DNA from: Verrucomicrobiota bacterium
GTDB lineage: Bacteria > Verrucomicrobiota > Verrucomicrobiia > Limisphaerales > AAA164-E04
Assembly (NCBI GenBank): GCA_047947115.1
Contig: CP170459.1
Location: forward strand, 4,000,001-4,064,000
Reading direction: 5' to 3'
DNA: 64,000 nt
The translations under genes were made by a program, and so were the position numbers. The notes below the pieces were generated by a model, which was not told where the DNA came from, did no database searches, and saw nothing but the letters and a program-made list of their open reading frames with translations. Positions 60,733 to 64,000 of this stretch are shown piece after piece. The first letter of the stretch is position 1. Every line of letters starts with the position of its first letter.

Positions 60733-62766
60733 ATGCGCTCGACACCAGCGATAAAAGTGGAAAACAGCGCCAGCGCCCCCGCCAATACACTGTCACAATC
60801 AGTCACCACCATCCCTTTGACATCAGTGGATGGCATAGGTAAAGCGCGAGCAGCGTTGCTGGGAAAACTGAAGTTGCAAACTGTCGAAGACGCCCTGCTT
60901 TACAGACCGCGTCGTTATGAGAACCGAGCCAACTTGTTGACCATCGCCGAGCTCATGATTGATGAGTCCGCAGCGGTGAGCGGGGTCATTGTCGAATGCG
61001 GTGTCAAATATTGGCGGCAACGAAGGAGCTCGGTTTTTGAATGCGTCGTTGAAGATTCGACTGGTCGACTTCATTGTCGATGGTGGAACATGCCATTCCT
61101 CAAACGCATGTACCAAAAGGGACAAAAGTTGTTCATCCACGGGAAGATGAAGCAACTCAAGCCCCGGACTATGGATCATCCTGAAACGGAGTTCCTTACC
61201 GGCGAAAACCATGAAGATGCAAGAATTCACATGAATCGGATTGTGCCGATCTATGGGTTGACAGAAGGTTTGCAACAGCGTTGGCTTCGTGAACTCATCT
61301 TCCATCTTCTGGAATCCCATGGGAAAATCATACACGAACCGCATCCGCATATCATGAAGCAACACCGCCTTTCCTTTCATGAAGCCGTGCACCTCCTGCA
61401 CGCACCGGACTCGATGAAGGACATAGAGTCTGCAAGGGAAAGGCTCGCGCTGGAAGAAGCCATCGAAATTCAGGAACAAGTTCAATTCCGGCGAAAAAGG
61501 TTTATGGAAACCATGAGAGCGGCTCCGTGCCAACATGACAACCGCTTCATCAAACCCATGCTCCAAAACCTGCCTTTTGACCTGACCAAAGAACAAATCA
61601 GGGTGATGAGCGAACTGCGCGCTGACCTTTCCAGAAAGCATCCGATGAGACGATTGCTTCAGGGCGACGTTGGGTCCGGAAAAACATTGATCGCCACCTT
61701 GGCGGCTTTGATGGTTTTGGAGAGCGGATTCGATGTGCTTTTAATGGCCCCCACCACGCTGCTCGCGGAACAACATCACCGGACAATTTCCCGATGGTTC
61801 CAACCCTTTCCAATCAATGTTCAACTTCATACCAGCACATCGAAACCCGTAAACGAAGGAAACCTCCCCTGTATCATGATCGGCACGCATGCCTTGATTC
61901 ACAGCGGCGGAAAGGATGCAAACATCGGCATGGTGATCGTGGATGAACAGCACAAATTCGGAGTGGCCCAACGGGAAAAACTTCTCAAAAAGGGGCATTC
62001 GCCGCATCTCCTGATCATGACCGCCACACCGATTCCCCGAACCTTGGGGTTGACTTTGTATGGAGATCTGGATGTATCAGTGCTCAGAGGCCTGCCCAAG
62101 GGAAGAGGTCCATTAAAAACCTATTTACGCACCCCTGAAGCCAGGGACAAGGTGCTTGATTTTGTTAAAAAGGAGCTATCCAAAGGACGACAAGCCTATT
62201 TTGTGTATCCCCGAGTAGAGGAAAAGCAACAGCCCGGCATCAAGGCTGTCACCCGGGAATCTCAGGCCCTTCGGTCCTTTTTCGAGCCTTATGAAGTGGA
62301 GGTGTTGCACGGAAGGATGAAAGCCGAAACATCTGAGGCCATTATGACTCGTTTCACCCAGGGCACACTGCATGTGTTATTGGCCACCACGGTGATTGAA
62401 GTCGGGGTGGATGTGCCGAACGCAACCGTCATGGTCGTGGAGAACGCCGAACAATTTGGCTTGGCTCAGTTGCATCAAATACGCGGCCGAATTGGGCGAG
62501 GCAGTCACGACTCGCATTGCATCCTTCTAGGAGATGCCACTCAAAAGGACGCATGGGAAAGACTAAAGGTTCTGGAAGAAACAAGGGACGGCTTTGAAAT
62601 CGCCGAGGCTGATTTCAAAGCGCGCGGCCCAGGGGAACTGGCAGGGAAGCAGCAGAGCGGACTTCCAGACTGGCATTTTCTTGATTTGCACAAGGATCAA
62701 AGCCTGCTGGATCAAGCCAGGACGGCAGTCAGGTCCAGTATGGGACTGCCTACCTCGACCGTTTAG
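60733..62766 (+). CDS. recG: ATP-dependent DNA helicase RecG
   Basis: PRRYE, RLLQGDVGSGKT, VDEQHKFG, MTATPIPRTL, TTVIEVGVDVPNA, QLHQIRGRIGRG, DGFEIAEAD..RGPGE. Confidence 0.96.
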   Translation: MRSTPAIKVENSASAPANTLSQSVTTIPLTSVDGIGKARAALLGKLKLQTVEDALLYRPRRYENRANLLTIAELMIDESAAVSGVIVECGVKYWRQRRSSVFECVVEDSTGRLHCRWWNMPFLKRMYQKGQKLFIHGKMKQLKPRTMDHPETEFLTGENHEDARIHMNRIVPIYGLTEGLQQRWLRELIFHLLESHGKIIHEPHPHIMKQHRLSFHEAVHLLHAPDSMKDIESARERLALEEAIEIQEQVQFRRKRFMETMRAAPCQHDNRFIKPMLQNLPFDLTKEQIRVMSELRADLSRKHPMRRLLQGDVGSGKTLIATLAALMVLESGFDVLLMAPTTLLAEQHHRTISRWFQPFPINVQLHTSTSKPVNEGNLPCIMIGTHALIHSGGKDANIGMVIVDEQHKFGVAQREKLLKKGHSPHLLIMTATPIPRTLGLTLYGDLDVSVLRGLPKGRGPLKTYLRTPEARDKVLDFVKKELSKGRQAYFVYPRVEEKQQPGIKAVTRESQALRSFFEPYEVEVLHGRMKAETSEAIMTRFTQGTLHVLLATTVIEVGVDVPNATVMVVENAEQFGLAQLHQIRGRIGRGSHDSHCILLGDATQKDAWERLKVLEETRDGFEIAEADFKARGPGELAGKQQSGLPDWHFLDLHKDQSLLDQARTAVRSSMGLPTSTV

Positions 62767-62978
62767 TTGTCAAACGCACACCTCCCACACCCCGATGGGT
62801 TCCCGGTACAGGGAGGAGCAGCATCGTGTTCGCCACTGCTGGCAGCAAAGACGCTCAACTTTTTCTCAAGCTGCGAGGAGCCGCAGTCTGGACAGCAAAC
62901 ATCCGACCAATCATGAGATCGCACCAGGATCTCATTCTCTTCCTTACAGGCGCCACATTTGAATTCGTAAATAGGCAT
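62763..62978 (-). CDS. FmdB-family zinc-ribbon protein
   Basis: MPIYEFKCGAC...CPDCGS...KLSVFA plus Cys-rich tail. Confidence 0.9.
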   Translation of the reverse strand: MPIYEFKCGACKEENEILVRSHDWSDVCCPDCGSSQLEKKLSVFAASSGEHDAAPPCTGNPSGCGRCAFDN

Positions 62979-62999
62979 GTTCTTTGAATCGGTAAAATT

Positions 63000-63182
63000 T
63001 CAGTTTTGAATCCAGCCTTTGCCGGGGATGAACTCCCGGCTTCCGGATTTGGATTTACAGGCTGTCACAGATAGACACAGCAAGATTATCAAAGCTCCGA
63101 CAAACACCTTAAAAACGGGATGCTGCCGACACCTGACTTCCTGACGGCTACCACTGCTGTTTTGAATCCACATGACATTCAA
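63000..63182 (-). CDS. Small putative lipoprotein
   Basis: Hydrophobic stretch + lipobox VTAC, mature part KSKSGSREFIPGKGWIQN; start uncertain. Confidence 0.5.
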   Translation of the reverse strand: MNVMWIQNSSGSRQEVRCRQHPVFKVFVGALIILLCLSVTACKSKSGSREFIPGKGWIQN

Positions 63183-63233
63183 TTACTACAGTATTGCCAT
63201 CATGACAAGAGAGTGATTACGTTAGTTCTCGAG

Positions 63234-63794
63234 ATGGGTGGGTCCATACAATCTCTCAAAGGCCAACTTTTGTTGGATGGCGGCATGTTGACCGGTTCTT
63301 TTTTTCATCGAACCGTCGTATTCGTGTGCCAACACAACGAAGAAGGAGCGTTCGGTCTGATTCTCAATCGGCGTATGGAACACACGATTCAGGAACTGAG
63401 CACCGAAGTTATCCCCGAAAAACTGGAACAAACGCCGATCCATGTGGGAGGGCCCGTTCAGCCTGGCGCTTTGAGTTTTTTAATCACGGATTCTTACCTG
63501 GATGAGGAGGAAATCATCCCCAACGTGGCCATGGGACACTCGTTCGATCGTCTGGTGGCACTCTGCAACCATTATTCCCCCCAACGTGACATCCGAATCT
63601 TCTCAGGCTACTCAGGCTGGAGTCCCGGGCAGTTGGACGCGGAAATAAAGCGAGGTTCCTGGAAGACTCATCCGGCCAGCAAAAAACTGGTTTTTGACCA
63701 CGATCCTGAAGATCTGTGGCGCCATGTCATGTATCAAATAGGCTGGGAAGAACGTCTTCTGGCCGATTCTCCTGACGATTTGTCCAGTAATTAA
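63234..63794 (+). CDS. YqgE/AlgH family protein
   Basis: SLKGQLL, FHRTVVFVCQH..EGAFGLILNR, GGPV, FSGYSGWSPGQL..E...GSW. Start ATG 63234. Confidence 0.92.
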   Translation: MGGSIQSLKGQLLLDGGMLTGSFFHRTVVFVCQHNEEGAFGLILNRRMEHTIQELSTEVIPEKLEQTPIHVGGPVQPGALSFLITDSYLDEEEIIPNVAMGHSFDRLVALCNHYSPQRDIRIFSGYSGWSPGQLDAEIKRGSWKTHPASKKLVFDHDPEDLWRHVMYQIGWEERLLADSPDDLSSN

Positions 63795-63853
63795 AAACCT
63801 TCAATACAACAAACATCAATCCAAGCACCAGACTTCACTGCACCATACGATTC

Positions 63854-64000
63854 ATGAAGCTCCATATCATCCGTCGTCTCACTCCCAAAACGTTCATCTC
63901 TCTGATTTGCTGTTTGATATCACTCCATCGGGCACAGGCTCAGGCCCCTGTTGAAGCCGCCTGGATCAGCGCCGCATCGGGTAATTGGACGGATGTCTTT
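63854..64000 (+). CDS. Secreted protein, N-terminal part (runs off the window edge)
   Basis: Open frame MKLHIIRR...AQA|QAPVEAAWISAASGNWTDVF with signal peptide and W...SGNW motif. Confidence 0.55.
   Translation, partial: MKLHIIRRLTPKTFISLICCLISLHRAQAQAPVEAAWISAASGNWTDVF

Noticed and set aside
63003..63170. 12-bp direct repeat GTTTTGAATCCA flanking the small lipoprotein
   Set aside because: A single 12-mer pair at this distance is plausible by chance in 64 kb; no mobile-element features between the copies

Overview
Gene-dense bacterial chromosomal window, most likely from a Verrucomicrobiota (PVC) genome. This is inferred from PVC hallmarks: DUF1501, DUF1549/1553 and DUF1592 'planctomycete cytochrome' proteins, H-X9-DG prepilin-like proteins and a PQQ-like propeller. 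Housekeeping genes (holB, pgl, zwf, eno, asd, recG, tRNA-Ala(GGC), peroxiredoxin, AlgH/YqgE) are interspersed with accessory loci. Main accessory loci: (1) a two-gene porin-cytochrome module (32629-35845) in which an MtrA/DmsE-like cytochrome shortened to 8 heme sites is paired with an MtrB/PioB-like beta-barrel carrying its own N-terminal planctomycete-type monoheme cytochrome c domain, the best candidate for an undescribed system; (2) a five-gene circularly permuted ATP-grasp / alpha-E / transglutaminase / DUF2126 ligase cluster (22656-32074) behind a sigma54-type promoter; (3) an EHD/sarcalumenin-like membrane-anchored NTPase; (4) a YtrA-type GntR-ABC operon containing a large beta-propeller protein and a pilin-like gene; (5) a PlsC-like plus N-acyl-transferase pair that may make aminolipids. 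No CRISPR array, rRNA or transposase was seen. All family calls come from motif recognition by eye, not from database searches.
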